64,000 nt of DNA from Fistulifera solaris (taxonomy: Eukaryota): assembly GCA_030295235.1 (NCBI GenBank), contig AP026127.1, positions 868,001 through 932,000 of the forward strand, read 5' to 3'. This document shows, piece after piece, positions 46,117 to 58,727 of this stretch; the stretch's first letter is position 1; each line of letters opens with the position of its first letter. Both the position numbers and the translations under genes were made by a program. The notes beneath the pieces are model-generated. The model saw nothing but the letters and a program-made list of their open reading frames with translations. It had not been told where the DNA came from and did no database searches.

Positions 46117-47014
46117 ATGTTTTCTAGTCGTCCCATGACCATGCTGCACTCGAGCCAAATCGTCAACGATGAAAACGCGACAGCGCTCAACAAGGCAACG
46201 TCTGCTGCTACTAAAGATTCATCGTTGACAGTACACAAGACTCCGGCAGGAGCGAAATCGCGACGCGCTTTTGGTGATATTTCCAACAAACGTCCCCAAA
46301 AACATCTTGAAAAGAAGGAGATGACGTCGTGTGGAAATCAGCAGCAGCAGTTCCACGAACACCCGCAGCTGCAGTGACGAAGAAATCCAGCAAAAAGTCT
46401 ACCAAAAAGACGTCAGTGCGCTTATTTTCCAATCCAGACACGAAACGAGGGGTGACATTTGCGGAAGATAAAGTGGAGAGTATCAAAGTCCCTTCTACCC
46501 TGCCCGCTGCCGTCTCCGGAGAGAATGAAACACTAGAGAAGCGTGCTTATGAAGACGACGACACTTACGATGAGCCGGAGAAGCCTTTGGGTCGCACCTA
46601 TCAGCAGCAGTGGGAGAATGGCGACCATGATGACGACGAAACCGTGTTGTCACTGGAAGGCGTCTACGACATTGCCAAGAGGTGGAAGGAATTCGACGAG
46701 AAAATCAATTCACTACAGCCATCGTACGAAGACGAGTTTCAAAAACATATAGCCGACTTCGATCGAGAACTAGAAGAGTTCGCAAAACAAGAAGGTACGT
46801 TGAATTTCTTTCGTTATAACGTGCAATTGCCCGGATATCAATGTATCTGAATCAAAAACTCAACCACTTTCCTGACAGCATCTTGCTTCGATGTTCTTCC
46901 ATCCCCTGATGAGTCCGCCCTTTGTCGTTTCTCAATGAGTTGGAAGATGACTTAGACATATTCGGTGCTGCCGACACCTCGGCTCCGACAAATTTAGAGA
47001 TCTCATTTGACTGA
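46117..47014 (+). CDS. Disordered protein with APC/C-degron-like motifs (securin/PATRONUS-like candidate); intron ~46795-46878, frameshifts near 46310 and 46922
   Basis: DEN motif, D-box-like RRAFGDISN, TP sites, basic N-half and acidic C-half. Confidence 0.55.
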
Positions 47015-48773
47015 ACATAAAGCGAAGAGGACGGAGTTGGCTGACGTGCACAATATTTGCTTTCCAGATCATTTTGTTGTTACTAGAAACCTTTTTAGAT
47101 CTTTGTAGACGACACTTGACGACTTTGAGTGGTTATTTATTTTCATTCGATGTTGCATCACTACACCTTCCGACTTAATTTTAGGGAAGAAGCGTTGCAG
47201 GAAATAGGAATTAGAGAACACAGCATTATCTATCCCATAAAGTTATGGTATTACCCTCGGCCCTAAGCAGCTGCCTTATCTTTGCGCGAATACGGTGCGA
47301 TATGTAGCACTTGAGATGGTGATAATCATGGAGGACATTCTGCCGATGTATTTCAAAATGACAGATACCAGGTAAAAAACCTACATGCGGGAAAGATCAT
47401 TGCTGTGTCTCGTCGAGCGCGAATTGCCACTGACACTTAGTGCACCGGATGCAAATTCATCTTTCCGAGCGCCACCTAAGCGGTTGAAGACGAAGAAGTA
47501 TCAGAACTTGGATTCAACAATGCAGCTGACTAACTTGAATCGCCCTATTTCACAGCACGAGAAACATCTGCAGCTTGATGTTGAAGACAGGACGAGCAGA
47601 AAAAGGAGTTTGTGTCTGCGAGCTTTAAAATCCCAAAAGATCAGCCCTGAATATCTTCCTGTCTCGTAAACCCCTGCCGTCGAAAATCTCGGGAAGAAAT
47701 CTTTGCTGCTGATTCTCTCTGACCCGTAAAACAATTTTTGGTGTCCGAGAATCAGAGGATTTGATGTTTAACGTTGTGAAGTATCCACAATATTCGTAGT
47801 CAAACCCGGATTGCATCGAACAAAGACGCTAATGACTAAAGCGTTTCACAGCCGGTGGTGATTTATGACGGGATTGGCAGACGATTTCCGAGAAGCTGCG
47901 TCGTCACCAAACGCGAAGGTCATGCCCTTTTGTGGGCTAACAAATCGTAAATTCAAAAGTAGGAATTGACCGATACCTTGGCGAATTGAAAGCGTCGATT
48001 AGGCAGGTGACGATCTAATCATCAACAGCCGCAGCCTGATACTCAAAGGTTTGCATTTACTTAGACCATCAAGATCTAAGTCCAGTAAAGCACCGGTCAG
48101 CACCGCGTGAGAGTTCAGATCAAAAACGCCTTACCGATAAATCTCCCCGAAACTAGCTCTTTACATTCGGCTACCTCTCCGCAGCTAAGACACTAGCCTC
48201 TTTGATCCTAGAAACAAACCTCTAAGCCGTGAAGCTCCATTCGTAGCACGTACTGCAAAGCTGACGACCGCGATCAAGCGAAGCCAATCGCCATCACGGT
48301 CGAAAAGGATCAATGGTATTTTTGATCGAACACTGTCCGTTCTGTGGTTCCCAGCCTATCTCAATTCAGCTAGCGTATTGGTTTCATCGTGCTGTAATTG
48401 ATGTTCGTCCTTCTAAAGTCGTGGCTTTAGCTGTATGAGGTACATGTTCGATCGCCGACCGCGCAAGTAAGTTCGTGCATTTTCTGTGGCATTTATTTCA
48501 TGAAGCAGCGCGTTTGAGCAGCCTCTGATCCGCCGAAGAACATCAATCAGTTCTATTTAGTCGGTAGTATTGAAGAATAGCGTTGACATTTCAAGAATGA
48601 AAAGTGAATGCACCGAATGAACAATAATGATCACATCAACCGCCGAACCGATCCTTGGGGCGGATAACACAGCTGGGGCCACATCTCCCGGCTTCCGGTC
48701 CCTTCCTCAAGACATTGTCTTATTCAATCAGATTTTGTTTCATTACGGTAGCTATTATTATTCAATGTGGAGT

Positions 48774-49296
48774 CAGGGCATTTCCTATAAGAAGCAAGAT
48801 GATTATTTAAGCTGCAGAGTTGCGCGATAAAGCAAAGTGAAGCCTTTCGGCCGATTTTGCCTTACAATCCCCTTGCAAAAGTTACGGATTTCACTTAGTA
48901 GTAAGACATTCCTCAGATGGATTATATTTAGCTTTCGAAAACCATTATCGTACTATCGTCGATTGTGTATGCGGAAAACCATAAAGTGACGCCGGTTCCC
49001 TCCAAGTCATTAAGGTTATTCAACTTTTAAATCAGATAACCTTAATAAATTGATCAAAAACATATCCCTTTATGGTTTTCTGTCTACACATTCGACGATA
49101 GCAAGAAATTGGTTTTCGAAAGCTAAATATAATCCATCTGAGGAATGTCTTACTTACTAAGTGAAATCCGTAACTTTTGCAAGGGGATTGTATTGTAAGG
49201 CAAAATCGGCCGAAAGGCTTCATTTCGCTTTATCGCGCAACTCTGTAGCTTCAATCATTTTGTTTCTTACCAGTATACTCCGTAGGAAATGCCCTG
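48774..49296. repeat. ~520-bp foldback (long inverted repeat), arms ~245-260 bp, loop ~16 bp
   Basis: CAGGGCATTTCCTA...GAAGCCTTTCGGCCGATTTTGCCTTACAAT...ATTAAGGTTAT (to 49019) mirrors ATAACCTTAAT (from 49036)...TAGGAAATGCCCTG. Confidence 0.95.
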
Positions 49297-49439
49297 GCTT
49301 TACGCTTGCTTTTTTTTTAAAAACAAAATTTAAAAAGATCTGGTCTCGCGCCTCTATCGCAGCAATCACTTTTCCGCAGCAAATCGAGACTGCTCTTAAC
49401 ATTCGCTACATAAATCACGCGCACACGCATGATCCGAAT

Positions 49440-50521
49440 ATGACGTCTTCTTCCAAGAACGCCATACTCTACGGACAAGTCGTGGTGGGTCCTCCTGGTG
49501 CAGGAAAAACGACCTATTGCAATGGTATGCAACAATATTTACGTCTGCTGCAACGCAATGCGTGGGTGATGAATATGGATCCGGCGAATGATCCGGGTGA
49601 TTTGTACGAAACGATATTTGATGTACGACACGACATGGTAGATTTATCGGTTGTGATGGACGAAATGGAACTAGGACCGAACGGTGGGTTGATGTATTGC
49701 ATGGAATATATGGAGCAACATGTCACAGATATTGTGAATTATGTACGGAAACGACAGCAGCAAGAGCAAGAGAGCGAATCGAAAACGAAGGATAATCCTC
49801 TTTACTTGCTTTTGGATTTTCCGGGACAAGTTGAATTGTATACGCATTCGACATGTGTCCAGAAATTGTTATCGCAGTTGCAAAAACAGTTGAATTTACG
49901 ATTAACGTTGGTGCAACTCATCGATTCGCAATTTTGTTATCAGGCGTCGTCCTTCCTATCGGCGGCATTACTCGGGACAACGGCAATGTTGCGGATGGAG
50001 TTGCCTACAGTGAGCGTATGGACGAAATGGATTTGTTGCGAGGCAATGATTTGCCTATGCCGTGGGAATTCTTCACAGAGTGTTTTGATTTGGAACGATT
50101 GATTCCATTTCTCGATCACACGAACATGAACAAGAATGGACACGAAGAAGATTATGATAACATTGAAGACGACGAGAGACATAACGCCGTTTGGGAAGAT
50201 CCCGACTATCAAGCAGCACGGCGACGTCGGAAGGAATCCAAACTCAATCGCAAATATACCAAATTGCACGAAGTCATGGCAGAAGTTGTTGAGGATTTCG
50301 GATTACTGAACTTTACACCTTTGGATATACAGGATGCTACACTTGTGGGGCGGGTCCTGGCCAAAGTTGATCAGTGCAATGGCTACGTATATACACAACA
50401 ATCGATCCCAGAAGATATGTTCCAGTGCGCGGCGGCGTCATCGAACTATACAGGGGAAGCACAACTGCAAATACGGGAACGCATTCATTCGTCGCCGCCA
50501 TCTTCAAATCAGCAGCCCTAA
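49440..50521 (+). CDS. GPN2: GPN-loop GTPase 2; frameshift near 50025
   Basis: GQVVVGPPGAGKTTYCNGM, NMDPAND, LGPNGGLMYCMEY, DFPGQVELYTH, EVVEDFGLLNF..VDQCNGY. Confidence 0.85.
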
Positions 50522-50609
50522 TGCACACACACGCGTAGCAAAAACATTGTTCAATTAATAGGTTTCATGTATACATAGGATAAGACACATGTTTTCCAGT
50601 TCTAAAATG

Positions 50610-52341
50610 TTATTCCTTCTTGGGAGAGTTCTCCTTTTGAGTCGTGACAGCAGGTGCCGCTGCTGCTGGTGGCGCCTTTGGGGCAACACTTGTTGACACA
50701 GACGAGGTCTCCTTTGTAGTACCTGGTTTTGCTTTCTTTTTGGGTTTAGTGTTTATGGTGGAAGCAACATCACCTGATGATGGAGCCGCGTTAGGAAGAG
50801 CAGGCGGTGCATCTTCTGACTTTCGTTTGCGTTTCGCAGCAGGTTTCTTTGTCTTGGCGTCGATACTCGATGTTGCCGTCGATGCTGTTGGTGCGCCCGT
50901 AGACGCTGCTGTCGTACTGGAGGAGGATGCTGTCGCAGCCGGCTTTTGGCCGCCGGCTTGGATCCGGTAGCAGTTTTGCTGACTGGTGCTTTCGCTTTGC
51001 CCGGTGCTGCCGCGGCCGCAGTAGCAGCTGGAGCCGCCGGTGCTTTCGTCACTGGCTTGGGTCGTGGTGCCGGAGGAGGGGCAATACCCAACAGAGTCTC
51101 TTCGTCCACCACGCGAATATTACCGCCCATTTTGGCCAGTTTGAGTCGCCGAGCACGCAGCACACCTTCTCTTTGGATCACTTGTTTCTCCAATAACAGC
51201 CACGTCAGTGCGTCTCGACGGACCGTATCCATCAAATCACACGCCCGTTTCGTTGCAATCACAGTAGATGGCACATTCATTTCCGCCAAGAGAGCCTCCA
51301 TACGAGCCACCAGCGCTTTGGAAATGCCTGTTTCACCACCAGTAGCGGGTAATACCAGTCGAGCTGATTGCAAATAAGGAACACCGGGCACTGGTGTCGG
51401 AGCCGTGGTCGCCATAGCTTGATCCACCTGTTGCACGGCCACTTCGGGAGCCGGAATAGGCGTTGCTGCCCGTGAAGCTGCCGTCCCATTCGCTGCCACG
51501 ACATGCGCGCCACGCTTCTTTAGTTTGCGCAATTGTGTCTCTACCTGCTTAAGTTCATTCCGTAACGCCAATTCTTCCGCTTCTTCTTCCTTGGTTCGAT
51601 TCCACAATGCCTCCCAATGCGCGCGTCGTTCTTTTCGTACGCCAAATCAAAGACTTTATTACTCGTTCCGGTCCCTAAATGCTGCATGAGCGGCTGGTGT
51701 TGCGGATCCGAAGACGCCAAAGAACGAGCCGCCGCTGTTTCCAGCAATAATTTCGGATCTTCGGCATTACTATCGGCTGCAACGGCTTCCAAGGCTTTCG
51801 TTTCCAGCGCCGCTTCGTGCGACACGCGGCGCTGTAACAATTTTGCCGCAACGGTATAAAAGCGATGTTGCAAGTCTTCGACGGGCCGCGGAGGACACAC
51901 GGCACACCAACGATCATGAATGACGGGCCATCGCAATTCAAATATGCGAGCGTATTCCATCAAAGTGTCAGTTTCACTTTGCGACCAGTCTTCTGATGTC
52001 AACCACGCTTTGTATTCCTCTATTGTGTATTGTACTGGATCTAAATGAATATCAAAACGAGCGTATGGATAATCCGGGTATTCGACATTCGCCCGGACCC
52101 AGTGGTTCAAAAGAAGCCCGTCCGGGCGACTCGACGATGAAAACGGCGCCCAGGTCCATTTTCGCGCCGGCTTGTGTGGATTGATTTGTCTATTACCTAT
52201 TCTAACAAATGTTGGGACTGTTGTTGGGAGTTCGGTGGCAGATCCGGTGAGATCCGAGTGAGGCTTGGGTAGAAGAGGTTTGTTGTTGCCGATTGGTTGC
52301 GGGGCACTTTTCACGCCCAATATTTCCGCTATGTCGGTCAT
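50610..52341 (-). CDS. SWC4: SWR1/NuA4 subunit SWC4/EAF2 (DMAP1-like); frameshifts near 51632 and 50945
   Basis: RKWTWAPFSSSSRPDGLLLNHWVR, YPYARF, SANT-like WSQSETDTLM..FELRWPVIHDRW..RPVEDLQHRFY, FDLAYEK; Ala/Lys/Pro-rich tail. Confidence 0.88.
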
Positions 52342-53214
52342 TGCGAAAAATAGTTTTGCTTAAAACTCTCTCCGTCTATGTATAGATAAAAAGATTAGAG
52401 AGCATTGACGTTCTTCGATGCTTTATTGTTGTTGTGCAATAAAGCAACAGGTGCAAAAATAAGCACCGCCGCCGTCGAGATCGCGCCGCGTGATTTTCTT
52501 AGTTGGACCGTCCGCCATCCGTATGACATCATCATCAATCTAATTTTCTTTCAATCCATAGCCATTTTAGCATCGATTTGAGTGCTACAGAAAGACATTT
52601 GTATTCTAATGAGAGTTTTTACCAATTTAAACAGAGTCGATGAAATTTATAGAGGAGTTTGGCTCGGCAAAACGCACGTGTTAATAATGGTTCATGACTG
52701 AAATGCAGTCTTGGTAGAGTTGATACTTTAGACTCCGTAGTAGTTGTTGGAGATAATGATCGGCAAGGCTTTTCGACATCATGATTCGATTCATTCATTT
52801 CAAAATGCTTCTGAAGACTATGGTTGCAGTGGGGCTGCATGGGAAGATAATTGATTCCGGACTGCAATTTAGCCGTGGCCAAATACGGACAACACTTTGA
52901 GCCTATAGTAATTTCGGACGACAATCATCCGCAAGGATTTCCGACATCATGAATCGCTTCTTGCATTGCAAAATGATGCTGATGATAAGGATTACTAAAA
53001 TATCGACAAACAACTTCATTTTAAAGAAGAAAAATGTCTTACCAAGCTAGCAGAACGAACAAATACATTTACCAGGTAGCGGGTAGTCGGGCTCGGAAGA
53101 ATATCTCTTACAAATCCGGGATCATGCTGATGTTAACGTATTGATAAGCAATTAAATTATCGGGCTTTGAATCATTTCTGTTTTAGCTTCGCTATCAGTA
53201 GCTAACAATCGTCT

Positions 53215-53691
53215 TTATATGCCATATTTCAATTTCATAGTCAACAATCCTTGTTGTCCCAGCAATATTTCATTCACAAACGTAAAGAATCCCAACCACA
53301 CAATCGGCGTAATGTCCACTCCAAAGGCCGGAGGTACCACCCCTTTATAGCCCGCAACAAGGGCTCGGTCGGTACTGCCACGATAATCCAGGGAAACTCA
53401 CTCACTTTGGTGTTCGGATACCACGACAAGACCACCCGAGCCAACATGGCAAACGATAAAAAAATTCAAAAAGGGTCCGAGAAAATCGGCGGTAGGCTGT
53501 ACCCAGGCTTCGGTAGCTGCCGTCAAGAGCGACGACGAGGAAGAAAACAAGAGATCGGTCGTGGCGGAATCGGGGAGTGCCTGTCGGGTCGTCGTTGTGG
53601 CGAAGGAGCACGGGGGCAACGTGAAGGCCGTGGCACACGAAAGCCATGTAAGCAGGCAGAAACCGATCTTCTTGATTGAAGGTGAGTTCAT
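53215..53691 (-). CDS. CCB3: YGGT-family plastid protein, CCB3-like (heme ci attachment to cytochrome b6); frameshift in A run 53458-53464
   Basis: Signal ending ATA-FTL. The corrected frame reads LGPFLNFLSFAMLARVVLSWYP...PTEPLL...VVPPAFGVDITPIVWLG...EILLGQQGLL. Confidence 0.8.
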
Positions 53692-54176
53692 GTTTGTGAA
53701 TAAATCAGTGATGATTCAATGTTTGCCGTATTTCATTACACTTCGTCATGTTTGATGATTGATGATGATTTTGCAAGGCAACGTTTGTTTTTGCGTTGAC
53801 GCTTCAGCATCGTCGGCCGAAGTTTTGCAAACGTGGAAGATTCCGGATTCCGTTTCGGTTTCATTGACAATCCGACCACGTAAGTCTACTTCGCATTGTA
53901 TAGTCACACACGTTTTCACACTTTTCGTATGCCCTTCGGACTTCGGAAGCGGGATTTCCTACTTTATACGGTACACATTCAGATGATCTAATCCGTGTTC
54001 TACGTGGCTTAGCCACGGTGGCTTGTGGCGGAGAACATTCGCTACAAAATAATTGCGCAGAGCTCGCACCTTCGCAAAAGAGGCACAATTGCTGTTTTGG
54101 TTTTTTAGCTCGTCCCCATTGTAGTTCTTGCAAACTCCATGTTAATACCTTTCCGAGTATTTCGACTTGCAGCACA

Positions 54177-56238
54177 ATGAACTCGTTTCTCTATTGCAGC
54201 CGATTTAAACTGCTTTGGCTGATGATGGCTATTGCAATCACGCGGAGCTATGGTCAACAAACGGCGGACTCGAATGTCTCTGCATCAACACAACAATCAT
54301 CGAAACCCCTCAAGTTCGGTATGATCAGTGGAGGATCCTCTTTCTTTATACCCATTGGAGAGGGATGGTTGGCTGCTTGCGAGAAATTGGGGGTCGAATG
54401 CTACTATGAGGCTCACAACGCTACATTGTGGCCGGAACAGGAAGGCGAATGTGATTTCCGTAGCTATCTAGCCGACCAATGGATTGCCGAAAAGTTTGAC
54501 GGTATCGCCTTTAAAGGATGCGGAAATTGGACAATCATGACCGATGTCGTGAACAAAATCATTGATAACGGGATTCCCGTTGTTACATTTGATCATGACG
54601 TCGAAAACACTACCCGCACGGCTTACATCGGCACCGATCAAGTATTTATGGGACAAACGCAAGCGCGCTTGTTGCGTCAACTGCGTCCCGATGGAGGCAA
54701 GTACGTTGTTATCTGCCGCAAAGATGGTCGTTACGAAGGATTCATACAAGAGATATCTCGGTACAATAACAACAAAGACAAGGCAAGCTGGTACCAAGCG
54801 TTCGAATTTGACCGGGACGATCAGAACTATACGCTCGAGTACGAGATAGGCCTCGAATATGGAGCGGATGTCTTCATCTTTCAGTGCCAAACCCCCATGA
54901 AAGACGAAAATTGGACTTACTTTGCTGCCGACATGCGTGCCAGAAATGTCACTTTAATCGGAGTAGATGGAAGTGATTGGCAAATTGATTACTTGAACAA
55001 GCGAAGCGTTGACGGTTTGATCGGTCAACTTCCGTTTGAAATTGGATCGAAATCTATTCAAGTACTCTATGATACTGTTATGCAACGAAAAGCGCAACAA
55101 GAAATCCTGTCTACAAATCTTGTTTCCTACAATCTCATTCCAGCGGACTTGCCCCCGTTGAATGTCGACAACAATTTGATTGGAAATCTCGTCTACATTG
55201 GTTACACATGCTTTGCTTTGATTGCCTTCTCGGTCTTTGTGTGCGTAGCATGGACAATCCAACACCGCAAAGATCTCGTCGTCCGAGCGGCTCAGCCTTT
55301 TTTTCTCTTCATGGTGGCTGGAGGTGTGCTCATCTTGGCTAGCGCCTTGATCCCTTTGACATTCGACGATAATGGCGAAGCGGACTCATTAACTTCAAGA
55401 CAAGCAGCCACCATTTGTATGAGTGTACCGTGGCTGGTTTTTACCGGTTTCACGGTTGCCTTTTCGGCGCTCTTTTCCAAGACGTGGCGGATCAACCGCC
55501 TATTTTTCTCCAAAGTACGAATGGCACGCATGCAAGTTACGGAAAAGGATGTTCTTGCGCCATTTGTGGTGTTGCTCTCCAGTAACATGATTGTCCTTGT
55601 CTGCTGGACGGCCATTGATCCTCTTACTTATACACGACACGAAAACGAAGGGCTGGACTACTGGAATCGTGTCATCTCTACGTATGGCGTGTGCAAGTCC
55701 GACACTGCCTTGGCCTTCTTGTCTCCACTGGCAGCGATAAATCTTGGAGTCGTGGCGATTGCTTGCTGGCAAGCTTATCAAGCCCGAGCCATCAAGTCAG
55801 AGTTCGCCGAGGCCAAGTATATTGCTCTTGCGGTATTTTCTCTCTTTCAAGCTTTCTTTACTGGTGTTCCTGTTTTGATTGTTGTAAGGAACATGCCGGA
55901 AGCTTATTACATTCTCCCTGACCATGATGGTTTTCATTCTTTGCATGGCTATATTGCTCTTGATCTTTCTGCCTAAAATCTTTATCCAAAGAAAGTACGC
56001 AGGCTTAAGCGAGGAAGAGCAGAGAAAGATGTTGCACGATACCATTCGAAAACACGGTAGTTCTGACTTTGGCTATCAGCCCCAGCGGGGCCATGCGCAG
56101 CAATCGAGCTCCGTCCGAAGCCCCCAACCCTCCGACGAAACCAAAGAGACGATCGCGGGTGAAACAGGGTCGGATCGATATGATGAGAAGGACAAGTTCG
56201 TTCATAACTCTCCCATCAAACGCCGCAACTCGTTGTAA
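54177..56238 (+). CDS. Class C (GABA-B-like 7TM) GPCR with an N-terminal periplasmic sugar-binding-protein-like domain; frameshift near 55916
   Basis: Signal peptide; FDGIAF, GIPVVTFDHD, YIGTDQVFMG, LIGVDG, GLIGQLPFEIG (RbsB/LacI-type fold); then VVRAAQPFFL, SALFSKTWRINRLF, SEFAEAKYI, LLIFLPK. Confidence 0.88.
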
Positions 56239-56646
56239 GGTTGGTTAGATCATTCGATCTATAACGCCGAGAAGGACAGTCAGCTCAGGCACAACTCTTG
56301 AATAGTGGGCGGGCATCGTTTACTGCCCGCTGTTGCGGCGACACAAAACGGACTATCTGCTGCGTATCGATAGTTCGATATGTTAGGGTCTCGAGTCGTT
56401 GCTGCGCCGCGATCGCATCTTGTGAATGTGAGAACTGAACTCAAGTCTTTAACGCTTCCTGGCGAAGCTTTCCTAATTGCACCTGCTTGATCAACAACAA
56501 AGATCTTCTACCAAAAAAACTGCTTATATATATCAAATTGTGGTATTATCATTATAAACAAGATTAGTAAACAAAAGTACTTGCAAAGTCATGCAGTTCT
56601 ATGTAATATACAAAATAGGGAATCACCAAGAAAAGGTAGACCCTAT

Positions 56647-57099
56647 TCAGCAACACCGTGCCATATTTACAGGTGATACAATGGGGGCAAACGGTGGCTG
56701 ATGTCTGGAGTGTAACGGAAGCTTGTGTTCCGCGAGAAGAGACAATTTGTTCAAAGGGAGAGTTGTGGTGGTGGCAGAAGCGTCGAGAGCTGACAAGTCA
56801 CCCGAAAAGGCTTTCGATCGCTTGAGACCAGAGTGAATGTCCGATCGGATTCGTTTTCGTGACATCATTTGAGGAGGAAGAATGGAAATTTCGTTTTCCT
56901 CGTCTACCGGCCATGCGAGAGAAGGGAAAGACTCGCTTTTCTCATCATCGATGGAGTCGAACACGCTCCCAAAATCAAAAACAGCGTCCAACGCGAGATC
57001 AGAAAAGCGATCTGGTGTTCGACGTCTTTTCAAACTGCTTTCCAATGCCTCTGTAGCAGGCCCGGAGCATTCAAAGAAGCTGCTAGAAGGATGATTCAT
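56647..57099 (-). CDS. Small low-complexity hypothetical protein
   Basis: 150-aa Ser-rich ORF with basic patches (LKRRR, RKRIR, LKRSKAF); no family recognised. Confidence 0.5.
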   Translation of the reverse strand: MNHPSSSFFECSGPATEALESSLKRRRTPDRFSDLALDAVFDFGSVFDSIDDEKSESFPSLAWPVDEENEISILPPQMMSRKRIRSDIHSGLKRSKAFSGDLSALDASATTTTLPLNKLSLLAEHKLPLHSRHQPPFAPIVSPVNMARCC

Positions 57100-57581
57100 C
57101 GCGTTGCAAGGCAAAGATATGATTATCCGGTTTGATTATTATGAACTCTGTGATCGTTCGTTTCGGATCCAAAAGGAAGGCAAAATGGCCCTTCGACCAG
57201 ATCAGTCGTCGTTCGCTGCGCCACGCCACCTCTCATTCATTCAAGGAACAGAACGATTGTCCGTATCCGGTACTCACGTTCGCGATGACGCTACTTCGAG
57301 TAACCTCGAAGTGTACTGCGGAACCCCGACTTCATTCATTCCTCAACGCATCTGTTAGCTGTTCGGAACAGGGAATGCGAAGAAGCATTCATTGGTGGCA
57401 ACGTGGCAACATTTTACGAAAGCGAACGTTGTGGCAAGGATAGAGCGAGTACGTTGCCACAAGTTGAGTGCGCACGAGTGTTGTGCTCATTGTACATTGT
57501 ATACGAGGTCTTCGACGTTCGACGCGCCCTTCAACCATAAAGTTGAACTTTATGGGGGAGGAAGAAAGGGAATAAAGAATG

Positions 57582-58055
57582 TCAGTATCTACTCCGGAGT
57601 AAGACGCTGCGGTGAGCGGCGATGACGACGCCAACTCTAGAGAGGAAATACAACGGGGCTAAAAGCTTGTACCTGGTACGATACCCTTCAGGGCAAATAA
57701 CACGGCCAGCGTCGTCGTATGGATGGCCGCAGCCAAATTCGCTGTTGTGTAATTGAAAGCCACACTTTACGCACTTGTATCGGTTGCGAAGTTCAAATTT
57801 GTTTTGACATCGCGGATGTCCGAGATCACAATAACCTTTTTTTACGTTGCCCGCTTGGTCATCAGTGGGCGCTTCCTCGGATGTAGGCGCTTCAAACATC
57901 ACTTCCTTTGACGGGGCTGCCTTCTTCGGCTTTCCCTTTGCGGTCGGAGCTTTGGTTTTCACCGTTGCGGCCGTCTTTGTCTTGTTATTCACCGACTTCG
58001 CATTCCCTTTCGTGGGATGGCCTGTCACAGGATGTTTCCCAACTCTTTCCGACAT
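57582..58055 (-). pseudogene. Lys-rich, Cys/His zinc-finger-like ORF, possibly a transposon-gene remnant
   Basis: CDLGHPRC..CVKCGFQLH..C..C pattern after a Lys/Thr/Ala-rich linker. The sequence loses coding character after TA-flanked micro-insertions at 57670 and 57590. Confidence 0.35.
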
Positions 58056-58727
58056 TTTCTTGACCGGCGGGGCTTTAAATGCAGCACCACAAACAATTTG
58101 CTGTTGTTATCCGAGCAAAGGCTGGTTGGAAGAACGAGCGGGGGTGGCAATTAAGAGAGCAAGCCAACATGGAAATAGGGACGAAAAATTTTGCGTTGTT
58201 TTTTTGTTAGGATGCATTCGTGAACGATCGAAAATCGTCCGTGTGCAAGACTCCCAACGATGTGCAACGATGTGCATAATTCTAAATAATTGATGAGTTT
58301 TGCTATTTTCATCGAGCCGGTGCACACCAAAAATGACCGACAGGCGCGCATTTTCCGGGTTAGTTCGAAAAATATGTGCAAATGTGCTGCACATGTGCAG
58401 TGATAAGAACAACCCTTAATTTGAGGCGCAGCGATCGGGCGATTTTTTAAAAAAAAAAAAAAAAAGAAAAAATAAAACGAATGATCAATGATTAATGTGT
58501 GCATTCTTTGTTCTTTGTGCAGCTTTTCCGATTAAACTGCTCATGACTCGAACATCTCAGTCGTGGACGAACTGATATACACTTTGGACTTATAGCCGTA
58601 TCGACGCCATCGACGAAAAAAGAGATCGCAAAGAGCAAAAGGAAAAGATGCGACGAGATGCGGCAGAAAACATGAGTTGAGAAAACAACAAAATGAATCA
58701 TCTTTACTTTGAAAATGCGTGAGAAGC

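Noticed and set aside
49161..49439. N-terminal extension of the GPN2 ORF in the ORF track
   Set aside because: It runs through the foldback arm from a non-ATG start; homology begins just after the ATG at 49440.
40502..53691. Cytochrome c maturation cluster (HCCS and CCB3)
   Set aside because: Different organelles and systems, 11 kb apart with unrelated genes between; most likely coincidence.
58449..58478. Poly(A) tail of a retroposed element
   Set aside because: No target-site duplication or recognisable SINE/LINE body could be identified.
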